From: Chthoniobacteraceae bacterium
GTDB taxonomy: Bacteria; Verrucomicrobiota; Verrucomicrobiia; Chthoniobacterales; Chthoniobacteraceae
Assembly: GCA_037190965.1 (NCBI GenBank)
Contig: JBBCKI010000034.1
Span: forward strand, 1 to 64,000
DNA length: 64,000 nucleotides
Direction of reading: 5' to 3'
Positions within the stretch are counted from its first letter, which is position 1; the number at the start of each line of letters is the position of its first letter. Below, one piece after another: positions 27,424 to 37,414 of the stretch. Made by a program: the position numbers and the translations under genes. The notes below the pieces were generated by a model. It did no database searches. It had not been told where the DNA came from and saw only the letters and a program-made list of their open reading frames with translations.

Positions 27424-28220
27424 GTAGAGAGATAGACGCCAGTAGGTTTTTCAAGATGTGCAGCGATCTTTCCCGGATCAGCGGAAGGGATTTTGAGCAT
27501 GTAGTAGTTGATCAGGTTGGTCAATTGATGGGGGTTTGTATTCGATACACGTACTCATCGAAGGCCGGCACGCTGAAAACAAGGGTTGAATTCCAGAATC
27601 GGAGTGCCACCGCCGATAATGAGGGGCGTCTAAAATCTCGCTATTATCGCACCAAAGGGGGAGCAGAGTGGCTTTCTGAGCGAAACGACTCAGATGAACG
27701 CACCAGCTATCTTATGAATGGCGGGGAGAGGCGTTGGAACGCATCAAGATGGGCTCGGTATCAAGTGCTCAAGCAGATCCTTGCTGATAAGCAGATTGAT
27801 CCATCATCAGCCGTTCAGTCTCGCGGGTCGGTAAAGAGGACTTGGTATGATATTGCGGCGGCGCTAGGTCAGGAAGCAGCCAACAGGACCAATGCGCCGA
27901 GTTATGTTACTGGAGCCCGGACGTTCCACGGCAAAGAGCATCCCCAGATTTCTAAAGCCGAAAGGCTCATCGAGGCGGCGGCCTTCTTTGTCGAAATCAC
28001 CAACGAAAGCAGGATCCTCACCGGATCAAGGAGCCTTCGGCTCAACGGCGGGAGGGACGATAGGTCGAGGATGAAGATCTCCGGGGGGCTCGACGGATTC
28101 GCCATCCTCCAGCGTGCAATCAACACACGCGCAAACGCATTTAGAACAGAGACCCGCAATGGTGTCTTCGAGGACATTGAAACTCGTGCAAAACGTTACC
28201 CAGGAATTTTTACAACATGA
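27420..28220 (+). CDS. Neck / tail-completion protein (putative)
   Basis: Basic 266-aa ORF, ATGA-coupled, in the connector position. Confidence 0.5.
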   Translation: MSREIDASRFFKMCSDLSRISGRDFEHVVVDQVGQLMGVCIRYTYSSKAGTLKTRVEFQNRSATADNEGRLKSRYYRTKGGAEWLSERNDSDERTSYLMNGGERRWNASRWARYQVLKQILADKQIDPSSAVQSRGSVKRTWYDIAAALGQEAANRTNAPSYVTGARTFHGKEHPQISKAERLIEAAAFFVEITNESRILTGSRSLRLNGGRDDRSRMKISGGLDGFAILQRAINTRANAFRTETRNGVFEDIETRAKRYPGIFTT

Positions 28221-28693
28221 CCGCGCCAGACATTGACACCCTGTTCATGCAGGAAGACCACGTTGAGGGAGCGTCCCAGCAGATCCTAAAATCCCTCGAC
28301 ATCAAAGCATTCAAGCAATGCGACCCCGAGGAAATCGGGCTCGCTCCCTACGTCAATATTCAGCTCGCCCTCGGCGGGGCAACGGGCCATTTTGGACAAG
28401 ATAGGAAAGGGACGCTCTGGCACGACGCATGGAGCGCGACACTCATCTTTGAGATCGTCACGAAGCGTTCAAAGGCGCAAATCGAGCATAAGACATATCG
28501 GGCGCACATCCGGCGCTTGATGCAATATGCAGAAGGTCTGTTCACCGAGGAAAGGCTCCCCTATCACGTTATCACCAAGATTCAAGAAGCAGGAACCCGG
28601 CCAACCATCGAGAACGGTGATGGCCTTGACATCTCGCAGGTGAGTTTCTCCTGCATCGTCTCGGTTCGCCAGAACGCATGGCCGGAAGTCTAG
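28217..28693 (+). CDS. Tail terminator-like protein (putative)
   Basis: 158-aa ORF directly before the tail tube gene. Confidence 0.5.
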   Translation: MTAPDIDTLFMQEDHVEGASQQILKSLDIKAFKQCDPEEIGLAPYVNIQLALGGATGHFGQDRKGTLWHDAWSATLIFEIVTKRSKAQIEHKTYRAHIRRLMQYAEGLFTEERLPYHVITKIQEAGTRPTIENGDGLDISQVSFSCIVSVRQNAWPEV

Positions 28694-28718
28694 TTGACAC
28701 AATGCCATAGTTACTATG
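28693..28718 (+). promoter_or_regulatory. Late-gene element GTTGACA-N16-ATG
   Basis: GTTGACA CAATGCCATAGTTACT ATG. Confidence 0.6.
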
Positions 28719-29129
28719 GCCGACGAAGAACCACCCGAAGAGCCAGGAGACGAAGAGCCTATGCCTGAACCCACTGGAACCCATAATGACGGCGGCCTCG
28801 TATGGGGCTCGCAAATAATCACAATTGGCGCAAAAACCTATGTTGCCGATGACATCAGCGTACAGTTTCCGGTAAAGGAGATCACCCGGACGAATGAAAA
28901 TGACGTCGAGAACGGAGACGTGCTAATCGAGGGGGCATTCACCGGAAGCGCGACATTGCAGGTGCTTAATTCAACAACCCCTGTTCCTCCTGTCGCCGGG
29001 GCGTTCACGATCACATCTCTCAACAGCGTAACGCTGAATTGCAAGGTCAAAGAGCCAGGCGTTAAGTTCGGGAAGGGCGATGAGGCGAAAATCCCGATCA
29101 CCTTTAAGAAGCGTCACGCGGGTTCGTAA
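28716..29129 (+). CDS. Tail tube protein (putative)
   Basis: Beta-rich 137-aa protein before the chaperone and tape measure genes; no sheath gene seen. Confidence 0.6.
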   Translation: MADEEPPEEPGDEEPMPEPTGTHNDGGLVWGSQIITIGAKTYVADDISVQFPVKEITRTNENDVENGDVLIEGAFTGSATLQVLNSTTPVPPVAGAFTITSLNSVTLNCKVKEPGVKFGKGDEAKIPITFKKRHAGS

Positions 29130-29135
29130 ATCCCG

Positions 29136-29750
29136 ATGATCCTGGATCAAATACCAGGCTTCAAGAAGAAGGTCGAGGCGGCCCGGGAGGAGGAGTCTAA
29201 ATTACGAGATTTTGCCTATACCGGGCTGCCTGAGACGATATGCGGCGTGGACGTTAAGCAGTTCACGCCGCGCCATTTTCTGAACTGCCTACTGGCCAAA
29301 TCTCCGTTCTTTGTTGGTGGAATTCCATCGCCGGTTGATGTTGGTCTTTTCTTGTGGATCGTCTCGCCAGGATTCAAGCCGTTTGATCTACAGGCGCGGA
29401 ATGAGTTTCTAGAAACAGTTATCGAGGTTCCGTATGCCGACGCAATTGCGGAGATTGACGCGTACATCGAGCGGGCCTTCTTTGATCGCCCATCTGGCGG
29501 AAGTTCTCGCCCGGCAGTCGCCAGTTTCCTGGCGTCGCTCGTCCATGAGATAGCCAGCGCTTACGGCTGGTATATTGATCAGATTTTAGACGCGCCGTTC
29601 GCATTGCTTTACCAACAGTTGCGAATGATTGCGCGCGAGGAAGATCCCCGCAGGCCGTTCCCCAATCGGCTTTCCGATAAAGTGGTCAGGGAATTGGTTT
29701 TGAAGCATCAGAAAAAGCAGAAGCGAATCGCCAAAGAGGAAGCTAAGTAA
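29136..29750 (+). CDS. Tail assembly chaperone (putative)
   Basis: Position; IASAYGW...ILDAP motif. Confidence 0.55.
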   Translation: MILDQIPGFKKKVEAAREEESKLRDFAYTGLPETICGVDVKQFTPRHFLNCLLAKSPFFVGGIPSPVDVGLFLWIVSPGFKPFDLQARNEFLETVIEVPYADAIAEIDAYIERAFFDRPSGGSSRPAVASFLASLVHEIASAYGWYIDQILDAPFALLYQQLRMIAREEDPRRPFPNRLSDKVVRELVLKHQKKQKRIAKEEAK

Positions 29751-31765
29751 TGGCCGCATCAGACGCAATTATTGCCCGCATGGGGCTGGATACTGAGGGC
29801 ATCGCCAAAGGTATGCGAGAGGCTGCCGCGAAGGTTGGCATTGGAGGAAAGCAGGTTGAGCAATCCATCAATCGGGTTACGCAAGTAGCTAAAAAGGCCG
29901 CAGAGGAACAGAGGAAAGCCGCCCAAGACCTGGGATCCGGGGTGTCTGGTATGACTCAAACGCTTCTTTCAGCGCAAGGCGCGACAGATGCATTTACCCA
30001 GTCTGCAACGGCGCTTGCGGACAGCTTGAAGCTAGGTCTTGGGGCATTAGTGGCTGTTGAAATTGGGGCAAAGATAATCCAGAAAATTCAACAGGTTGGC
30101 CAAGAAGCCGAGGCGTTAAAGCAAAAGATCGCTGATGCGCTGAAGCCTGGCGCGCCAACTGAGTTCACATCTCTGGAAGAGCTAAGATCGCAAATGCAAA
30201 AGACGGCAGAGGCCGCTTCGGCATTGAGCGATAGAGACTCGGGAGGAGTAGGTAATTTCTTTTCCGACATGTTCGAGGGGATGGGTGCGGCATGGGAGGG
30301 TGCAAAGGTCGAGCTTGGGTTAGAGAAAGACGGGCTCGGGGTAGGAAAGGGCATGCGCAGCGAGGGGGCGAACGCGCGCCGAGATCGTGAACATATTCGG
30401 CTGCTTGAGCGGAACGAGCAGCTTCTTGATGCCGCTCATAAGAAAGAGATGAACCTTGCGGATATCGAAGAGAAGCGGCTGCGCTTTAGCGAGAAGGCAG
30501 CGGCACTCGCCGAGATCCAGAACAAGTTCGGAGGAATGATCGATGCCGCTCAGAAATCCGATGACGGCAGCAAAATGATTCCCGCCCTCCAGCGCCAGAA
30601 AGCGCTGGCCGAGGAAGCAGCCAATCGTCAATTCGAAGCTCAGGAGCGCGCCCTTGTTTCGGAACAAGAGATCCTTGCCATCAAGAAGCGTGGTGCCGAC
30701 ACCGAGGTTGATATTGCCAGCGCCCGCGTGATGGCGGCTCGGGCCGAACTGGACGCGGGCGGCCCGGAAGAGAAGCAGAAAGCCAATGCGCTTGCGTTGG
30801 AGATCGCAGAGCATGAACTCAAGATCACGGAGCGGAAGACAGAGGAGCTACGCGCGCAGCTTTCATTAATTGAAAAGGTCGCCAACGCCCAAGTCAGTCC
30901 CGAGGAGAAGGCGCGAATGCTCAATGAGGGCGAAGGCGAAAACCTCCGCTCCCGCATCAACGACCCGCGCGTCGGAGATGACGAGAAACGAACGCTTGCT
31001 GTAGAGCTTGCCAAGAATGAAGAGCAGGCGCGTGCTCTCGCGAAGGCGACCCGGGAGCAGGGCTATCAGGTGCAGAACTCCGAGATCGATGCAACAACCG
31101 GGCGCGGTGAAGCCGAGCAGATCGAGTCCGTCCGACGCAAGCTGGAAGTCGCAAGACAAAAGGCCGGGGATCTGTATGCGCCAGGCTCTGGAGCGAGCGA
31201 GGCAGAGAAACAGGCGGCAAACGCTGCCGTCAACCAGCTCGTGAAAACTTACGATGATCTCATCGAGAGGCGTGAGATCATCGTTGATGTCGTAAAGGCC
31301 GAAACCGAGATCATGGAGGCCCAGCTAAAACACGCAGATAGCCTTGCTGGAAAGCTCCAGGTGCAAATGCGATATGAGCAGCAGATCAGGCAGGCCAAGA
31401 AGGACGGAAACGACGAACTCGCGAAACAACTCCAGAAACAACAACAGCTTGCGCTTTATGCTAAGGGGCTGGAAAACTTCAAAAGAACGCCCCAGCAGCG
31501 AGCCGCCGACAAAGAGAAGCAACGCGCCGGGAAGAGGGATGAAGACAGGTATGACAGGGAGGTTGAGGAGGTAAAAAGAGGCCTGCAAAAAGGAGTCAAG
31601 TACCATGGAGGCCGAAAGGGCGATATTGCCGAAGACATCAAAAACGGAACGCTGGGAAGCAAGGGCGCACCGGAAACCTCGGAGTTCAAATCCGCACTAT
31701 CCGGAACAGAGAAAAAGCTAGACACAATCATTAGCTACATCGGAGGGGGGGTCACGAATCAATGA
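29750..31765 (+). CDS. Tail tape measure protein
   Basis: IIARMGLDT N-terminus and a long Ala/Glu/Lys/Gln-rich helical sequence; 671 aa. Confidence 0.8.
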   Translation: MAASDAIIARMGLDTEGIAKGMREAAAKVGIGGKQVEQSINRVTQVAKKAAEEQRKAAQDLGSGVSGMTQTLLSAQGATDAFTQSATALADSLKLGLGALVAVEIGAKIIQKIQQVGQEAEALKQKIADALKPGAPTEFTSLEELRSQMQKTAEAASALSDRDSGGVGNFFSDMFEGMGAAWEGAKVELGLEKDGLGVGKGMRSEGANARRDREHIRLLERNEQLLDAAHKKEMNLADIEEKRLRFSEKAAALAEIQNKFGGMIDAAQKSDDGSKMIPALQRQKALAEEAANRQFEAQERALVSEQEILAIKKRGADTEVDIASARVMAARAELDAGGPEEKQKANALALEIAEHELKITERKTEELRAQLSLIEKVANAQVSPEEKARMLNEGEGENLRSRINDPRVGDDEKRTLAVELAKNEEQARALAKATREQGYQVQNSEIDATTGRGEAEQIESVRRKLEVARQKAGDLYAPGSGASEAEKQAANAAVNQLVKTYDDLIERREIIVDVVKAETEIMEAQLKHADSLAGKLQVQMRYEQQIRQAKKDGNDELAKQLQKQQQLALYAKGLENFKRTPQQRAADKEKQRAGKRDEDRYDREVEEVKRGLQKGVKYHGGRKGDIAEDIKNGTLGSKGAPETSEFKSALSGTEKKLDTIISYIGGGVTNQ

Positions 31766-33379
31766 GTGTGCCTAGCCCAATCTACGACCATGACCCGTCT
31801 TCGGGAGCGTGGACGACTGCCACTCAGAACGGGCCAACTGTTACCTCATTTGATCCGCTGTACCGCGTCAAGCAGTACAAGGTTCCAATGACACAGCGCG
31901 CGGGGAATTTCTCCAGGGTCGCCATCGGCACGGCTGGACCCGGCGATAGCTATCTCTACGAAGAAACTACGCCGCGCGCAGTCGGGGCCGACATCATCGA
32001 ATGGGATCGACTCTATACTGAGGTTCCGCCCGACCGCTACGAGGCTGAAAGCTTTGTCTACAATCAGCAGATTAACCTTGGCGGCAAGATCACCGAAATT
32101 CCGATCCCGGTCAACAGCGTCATTAAGTACAGCTATTTCAATACATCTGATCCCACCTCGATTACCACCGAGAAAGCCTATAAGGCCGTTTACGTTGAAT
32201 CAGAGGGAAGCTTCATCTTTTACGAGGTTGGCAGCATCCCGTCAGGGTCAACACGGCTTGCCGAAGATGAAAGCGTTTCACGCTGGAAAGGTGACATCTG
32301 GGAAATCAAGCGGCGGGAAATCTCAAACTCATCTCTGTTGGGAGCTAGCTAAATGGCCATTGAAAGAGTACTAGCCGGACAGTCTCCAACCCTGCTCCAC
32401 GCCGATAAGGCGAACGAGTTGATTGATGCCGTAAACTCGCTGAAGGCGATGACGATTTCACCCACGACCGCCGGGAAGGTCGTTCATAGCGACGGGAATA
32501 CCGTTATTCAGATTACCGCCGGGGGAGGAGGCGGGGGGGAGGGCGAGTGGGAGGAATGGACCGTATGGCATCTCGGCGCTCCAGGGAAACAAAACGTTAG
32601 AGTCGAAGGTCCAGCTGCTCCGATTTGATATGGCTTACTGTCATGGACAAGGATTACCGTGCCTGATTAAGGACTACGACACCTTATCTAGCTTTGATAA
32701 GAACAATTACTATTGTTTTGGCCTAACCTTCAAGCAGGCGTTCGACCTCTATTATAGAGTTAAAACTTTTGAATTTCGTGGTGAAGCCCGGGTTTGGGAT
32801 GGGCAGAATTCAGAGGATCCAGAATACTTTACTGTTGCGATTTCAACCACAGTTAAAGCATATGAGTTTGACTCCGGGGATATAATCGACGCCGAGCCAT
32901 CCTTAGTTGGAGATCACAATTTCATAGGAGAACAGTACGATGCGCCAACCGATTCTAGGCTTTCTGCCTATCTTTGCTATGAGCCGTGGAGCAATCCCGC
33001 ATACAACGCAAAGTTTGCCTTAAAAGATGGAACAACCTACTACCCGAGAACGTCGGTAGGTCTACAGATCGCCGTGGGAGGGGGCGGTTATTATGTCGCG
33101 CCTTTCGCTGGTTCATATGATGTAGGCATTTTTGACTTTGGCCCATTTGGAACATGGCCACTCACTACCGATTTACCTCCTCTTTATATTCCTTCGGCGT
33201 CGATGTCGTTGCTTCCCACTGAATGGTGGGAATACGACCCCGGCGACGCGGATCCTTACCCAGGAAAAGACGGCGCTGGCCCTGTCTATGACAAAGACAC
33301 GGGCGAACAGCTCCGTGATCCCTTCAGCATCGTCAAGCGCGGCGACGGGACATTCTACAACCCGAACTACGCTCCGTAG
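31762..33379 (+). CDS. Three tail-tip region proteins (31762-32352, 32353-32628, 32630-33379)
   Basis: Contiguous ORFs after the tape measure gene. Confidence 0.6.
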
Positions 33380-33402
33380 TTGACACCGCGCCATAATCAA
33401 TG
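33379..33402 (+). promoter_or_regulatory. Late-gene element GTTGACA-N14-ATG
   Basis: GTTGACA CCGCGCCATAATCA ATG. Confidence 0.6.
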
Positions 33403-34920
33403 CCGACCGTCAATATCGACCTCAAGGACATTTTTGAGAGCGGATTTAAGCGCACTATCTCTTTCCGATCCACATCCGCGCCCTACGTCAAGGGGCAATC
33501 CTTGGTCTCTTCGGAGGTGCGCGAGGTTCCAACGGATGCCGATGGGCTCGCGACGATCACGCTCCAGCCCGGCAACTACGAGGTTACGTTTGCTGCGTTC
33601 TCCAACAAGGACAAGCTGATCATCGGTGTGCCGGATGATGATCAGACCTATCCATTGACGGCGCTGATCAATGCCGGGACCACCGTTCCCATCCCTCCCG
33701 TCTACCAAGGTCAAGCCGCCACGGTCGAGATTGCCGAAACCATCACGGGCGAACCGATGACCGACGCGATTGTTGAAAACGTCGGCAATGAGAATGCAGC
33801 GCGGCTTCGGTTTACGATACCTCGGGGAGATCGTGGGTGGAGAGGGTTTCGCGGTTACGCCGCGACTGTAGCTATTGGAGACGTGGAGACCGTTGCGCCA
33901 GGCGAAGATGCCGAGGTAATCAATACCGGTAACGCGCACGATGCGGTGTTTGATTTCAAGATCCCGAAAGGCAACACGGGCGACATTGCGACCATTGAGG
34001 TCGGCAGTGTCACAACTGGCGCGCCGGGGAGCGATGCCATCGTTTCGAACAGCGGAACGAGCGAAGCCGCCGTGCTCGACTTTGAGATTCCGCGCGGCGA
34101 CACCGGAGCGGCGGCTACAATTGCCGTAGGAACCGTAACGACCGGCGCGGCTGGAAGCTCTGCGGCTGTCACCAATTCAGGCACGAGCGGGGCCGCTACT
34201 TTCAATTTCACCATTCCGCGTGGGAATACCGGGGCAACTGGTAACATTGCCCTCGTCGCAGCATATGACGCCACCGGCGACATCACCCTGCCAAACTCCT
34301 CAACGTGGCATCAGATCATCAATCCTAACGGCGCACAGCGCAACGTCACGCTGCCCGTGATCGCCGTGGCCCCGGTTGGTGATCAGGTCGCAATCGGCTG
34401 GAGTCAAAAAATCGAAAACTCTGGCGCAAGCGGCCTTGCCTTGATCGTCAAAAACTCAGCAGGGATCGAGCAGGCCAGGATCGAAAACGGCTCTGTCGCG
34501 CTCTTCATCGCGCGCGGTGCGCCGGGGCTCTGGACAGTGCATCACGAACCCGAGAATCAGCCGTTCGTCAAACATTTCTACGGGATCGACCTAAAGCAGG
34601 CCAACGGCACCGTCATTGACCTATTCACCGTTCCGACCGGTTTACGGTACATTGTCGAGTCGGCATGTGTGATCCTGACGGGCTATAACGGCTCGGGGTC
34701 GCCCGTGGTATCGCTAATTGAATCCAGTGCAGGGGTGGCAATTACGGGCAACCAGACCGTCACCGCGTCCACGGTTGGCCGGTGCATCGTGTTTTACCCA
34801 TCTAGTTCGTTCCCGGCTGTTGCGCCTGGAAACAAGGTTCAGTTCAAGATCGTCACGGCGAGCGCCGCGACAGAGTACACAGTCAACCTCAGCGTCAACG
34901 GCTACTACATCCCGGCATGA
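33400..34920 (+). CDS. Tail fibre protein with four ~42-aa ATIxVGxVTTG...FxIPRGxxG repeats
   Basis: Repeats with short collagen-like linkers and a beta-rich C-terminus. Confidence 0.75.
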   Translation: MPTVNIDLKDIFESGFKRTISFRSTSAPYVKGQSLVSSEVREVPTDADGLATITLQPGNYEVTFAAFSNKDKLIIGVPDDDQTYPLTALINAGTTVPIPPVYQGQAATVEIAETITGEPMTDAIVENVGNENAARLRFTIPRGDRGWRGFRGYAATVAIGDVETVAPGEDAEVINTGNAHDAVFDFKIPKGNTGDIATIEVGSVTTGAPGSDAIVSNSGTSEAAVLDFEIPRGDTGAAATIAVGTVTTGAAGSSAAVTNSGTSGAATFNFTIPRGNTGATGNIALVAAYDATGDITLPNSSTWHQIINPNGAQRNVTLPVIAVAPVGDQVAIGWSQKIENSGASGLALIVKNSAGIEQARIENGSVALFIARGAPGLWTVHHEPENQPFVKHFYGIDLKQANGTVIDLFTVPTGLRYIVESACVILTGYNGSGSPVVSLIESSAGVAITGNQTVTASTVGRCIVFYPSSSFPAVAPGNKVQFKIVTASAATEYTVNLSVNGYYIPA

Positions 34921-35693
34921 TTCTGACCAACTCGCCAGAAACGCTAGCCCGGGCCGATATGCTGGCCTACAAGGGTCAACTCAAGATCAAGGGTAAAACC
35001 CTCGATACGGCGGCACAGGACCGGCTTTTTGGCGGTGCTCGCGATCTTTACGCCGCGTTTGGGCGAATGGATTTTGCCTCCTTTCGCGACAACGTCGGAT
35101 CGGGAGACATCGCTTACACCTTTCATCGCAAGGTGTTCTCTCTGATTAGCTCACCCTCATGGGTTAGCGACGGCATCGAAAACAGCGCCACCGGATCCAT
35201 TCGCTCCACGGATTGGGTGTGGAATCCGACAAATCACACAATCCTTGTCGGATTCCAGCAGACGAATTTTACAGACCTTCAGACGTTGGCGACTTGCGGC
35301 GATGGCCTTTCAGGGATTGCGGCCGGTCGCAGGACGAACCTCCGCAGCGATTCGGCTTCGGCATCGTCTACATTTGTGTTCAACGGTGCTTTCACTCAAT
35401 ACTCAAGTTCCTGGGGGACGTATTCCTTGGCCGGATATTCATACGGATCGGGGGGAATCAGGCTGCATCGGGATTCGCTAACAAATACATTAACGGCATC
35501 CCCGGCTAGTTTGGATGGGGGAACTCCAACGAATCGAATTGTGCTCATGGCTTCTGACAGCGCGGACGGATCCCGAAGCCAGTTTTTCAAGGGGCGCGCA
35601 AGGTTTGCGATACTGTTTCCTCGGCAGCTAACCAGCGCCGAATACCTAGCGTTTCGGGCCATCTATAACACCTACTTCGCAGCAGGACTATGA
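34917..35693 (+). CDS. Tail-associated protein, possible lectin/LamG-like fold
   Basis: Ser/Thr/Gly-rich beta protein ending FFKGRARFAILFPRQLTSAE. Confidence 0.55.
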   Translation: MILTNSPETLARADMLAYKGQLKIKGKTLDTAAQDRLFGGARDLYAAFGRMDFASFRDNVGSGDIAYTFHRKVFSLISSPSWVSDGIENSATGSIRSTDWVWNPTNHTILVGFQQTNFTDLQTLATCGDGLSGIAAGRRTNLRSDSASASSTFVFNGAFTQYSSSWGTYSLAGYSYGSGGIRLHRDSLTNTLTASPASLDGGTPTNRIVLMASDSADGSRSQFFKGRARFAILFPRQLTSAEYLAFRAIYNTYFAAGL

Positions 35694-36082
35694 ATTGGAT
35701 AGAATGCGCTGTGTTTTTCCCATCTCGGCTTTTTGTCCCGGATGGGTCGCCACCTGAGTTTTTGCTTCAGTATCTCCAGGAGTATTTTGATCGCTATAGC
35801 GTCGATACCAGCCTTGAGCCGCAGACCATCGACGGCGTTCCGGTCGTTCAGTCTTATGCCGAACGTGAGCCGGTGATTGCGTCAATTTTTGGCGATGACC
35901 TCCCACGGAAGCGGTTTCGAACCGCATCGATTTTTAGAGGAACCATCCCATTCGAGCCAAGCGATGGAGGTTATATCCTTCGCTGTTGCTGGCCGGAAAC
36001 GTTCATCAACGACATCAACCGAGACCCGCAGCCCGAGCCGGAATGGTTTGAGGGGGTCCGCATCGTTGACACCAACTCTTGA
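35690..36082 (+). CDS. Phage hypothetical protein
   Basis: ATGA-coupled 130-aa ORF. Confidence 0.6.
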   Translation: MNWIECAVFFPSRLFVPDGSPPEFLLQYLQEYFDRYSVDTSLEPQTIDGVPVVQSYAEREPVIASIFGDDLPRKRFRTASIFRGTIPFEPSDGGYILRCCWPETFINDINRDPQPEPEWFEGVRIVDTNS

Positions 36083-36091
36083 TAGACACCC

Positions 36092-36430
36092 ATGACGCAA
36101 GACACATCCAGTATCACGGATCTGATTAATTTGGTTTCATCGGTCGGCCCTAACGGGTTGCTGGTGATCGCCATCATCTATTTCAAGCGAATCTCTGATA
36201 AACGAGAGAGGGAGCGCGATGATCAGATTGGTAAACAGGAAAAGCGGATAGCGGACCTTGAGACGAAGCAGGAGGAATCTCGCCTAAGGGAAGAAAAGAA
36301 TTCTCGGGAGCATACGGCCAGGGAGGAGAAGAACACTCAAGAGTACAAGGTGTTAGCCGAGAGGGTTACCGACGTCATGGATCAAACCCGGAGCGTCATG
36401 CAGCAGGTTTTAGCCAAGCTCGAAAAATGA
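36092..36430 (+). CDS. Holin-like protein (single TM plus coiled coil)
   Basis: GPNGLLVIAIIYF helix; first gene of the lysis cassette. Confidence 0.55.
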   Translation: MTQDTSSITDLINLVSSVGPNGLLVIAIIYFKRISDKRERERDDQIGKQEKRIADLETKQEESRLREEKNSREHTAREEKNTQEYKVLAERVTDVMDQTRSVMQQVLAKLEK

Positions 36431-36603
36431 AAACGATACCCATTATTGCAATCATCGCATTTCTCACCGGCTGTCAAACCATCACCGACGAAACCGGGAC
36501 TCATCGGCGGTACGTGGGGCCCGGTGTGTCCGTCACGTTCGACCTCGGCGGGGCTGACCTTGGATTCACCATTGCTAAACCTTTGGAGGATGCATCCAAG
36601 TGA
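36427..36603 (+). CDS. 58-aa lipoprotein (spanin-like candidate)
   Basis: MKTIPIIAIIAFLTGC lipobox; overlaps both neighbours; below the ORF-track cutoff. Confidence 0.7.
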   Translation: MKTIPIIAIIAFLTGCQTITDETGTHRRYVGPGVSVTFDLGGADLGFTIAKPLEDASK

Positions 36604-37139
36604 TCGACATCAAAAAAATCCAAACCGGGCTGAGGCCGTTTTACACGGGCGCAATCGATGGCGATTGGGGTCCGAAGACGCAGGCGGCAATGGACACCTA
36701 TCAGGCCTTGCGTGGCGAGGCTGTTCCGTCGTGGCTCAAGGTCGCGGCGGCAGAGCTGGGCGTCAAGGAGATCGCCGGGAGTCAGCACAACCCGAGAATC
36801 ATCGAGTATCACAAATCCACCGACCTCGGCGCGACAACCGACGAAACCGCGTGGTGTTCCAGTTTCGCCAATTTTTGCATGGCGCGCGCTGGCCAGTCCC
36901 ATGGCAGGAGCGCGGCGGCTCGCTCGTGGCTGCAATGGGGGGATGCCTTGCCAAGACCGCGTTACGGCTGCGTCGTTGTGCTCAAGCGCGGCACCTCCAG
37001 TTGGGAGGGGCACGTCGGGTTTCTGGTCGCCGAGGATGTTGACAGCCTGGCGCTACTGGGCGGCAACCAGGGCAACCGGGTCAAGGTGTCGGTTTACCGG
37101 CGCGCAGATTTGCTTGGGTTTCGCTGGAGCAAGCCTTAG
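36600..37139 (+). CDS. Endolysin: PG-binding-like N-terminus plus TIGR02594 (NlpC/P60-like) domain
   Basis: YTGAIDGDWGPKT, DETAWCSSFAN, GHVGF and LGGNQ motifs. Confidence 0.88.
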   Translation: MIDIKKIQTGLRPFYTGAIDGDWGPKTQAAMDTYQALRGEAVPSWLKVAAAELGVKEIAGSQHNPRIIEYHKSTDLGATTDETAWCSSFANFCMARAGQSHGRSAAARSWLQWGDALPRPRYGCVVVLKRGTSSWEGHVGFLVAEDVDSLALLGGNQGNRVKVSVYRRADLLGFRWSKP

Positions 37140-37352
37140 CGGTCTACATCAGCCCGTCGGCGCGCTTCCCACCCTTGGAAGCTTTGGTCTTCAAAGCTTT
37201 GATCAGAGCCTGAGTAATTTTAAGGCGCATCGGATTGCCTTCGTTTCCCTGTTGTTGGCCCGATTAATTAGGGGGAGATGCATTTTCTATTCCGCTGGGA
37301 GCGCCGAACGATCATGTCATTCTTCGGCCCATTCTGCAATGGGCGAGGCGCG

Positions 37353-37390
37353 AAATCATGCAAGCATTTTCTTTTATGCTTGCAGGATTT
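37353..37390. promoter_or_regulatory. Inverted repeat (operator) upstream of the P63C gene
   Basis: TGCAAGCAT-N8-ATGCTTGCA, extended by AAATC/GATTT. Confidence 0.6.
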
Positions 37391-37414
37391 AAGCATGCAT
37401 CATAAAAACAATGC

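Noticed and set aside
28233..28250. TTGACA near the start of the tail terminator-like gene
   Set aside because: It reads ATTGACA, lies inside coding sequence and is only 9 nt from the next ATG, so it does not fit the late element.
29136..29750. Programmed -1 frameshift in the tail chaperone
   Set aside because: A single ORF runs directly to the tape measure start; I found no convincing slippery site or second frame.
37038..37044. GTTGACA in the endolysin gene (also at 9229)
   Set aside because: No start codon 14-16 nt downstream; treated as chance coding occurrences.
37144..37230. 28-aa minus-strand ORF MRLKITQALIKALKTKASKGGKRADGLM resembling an integrase arm-binding N-terminus
   Set aside because: Too short to support; at most a remnant.
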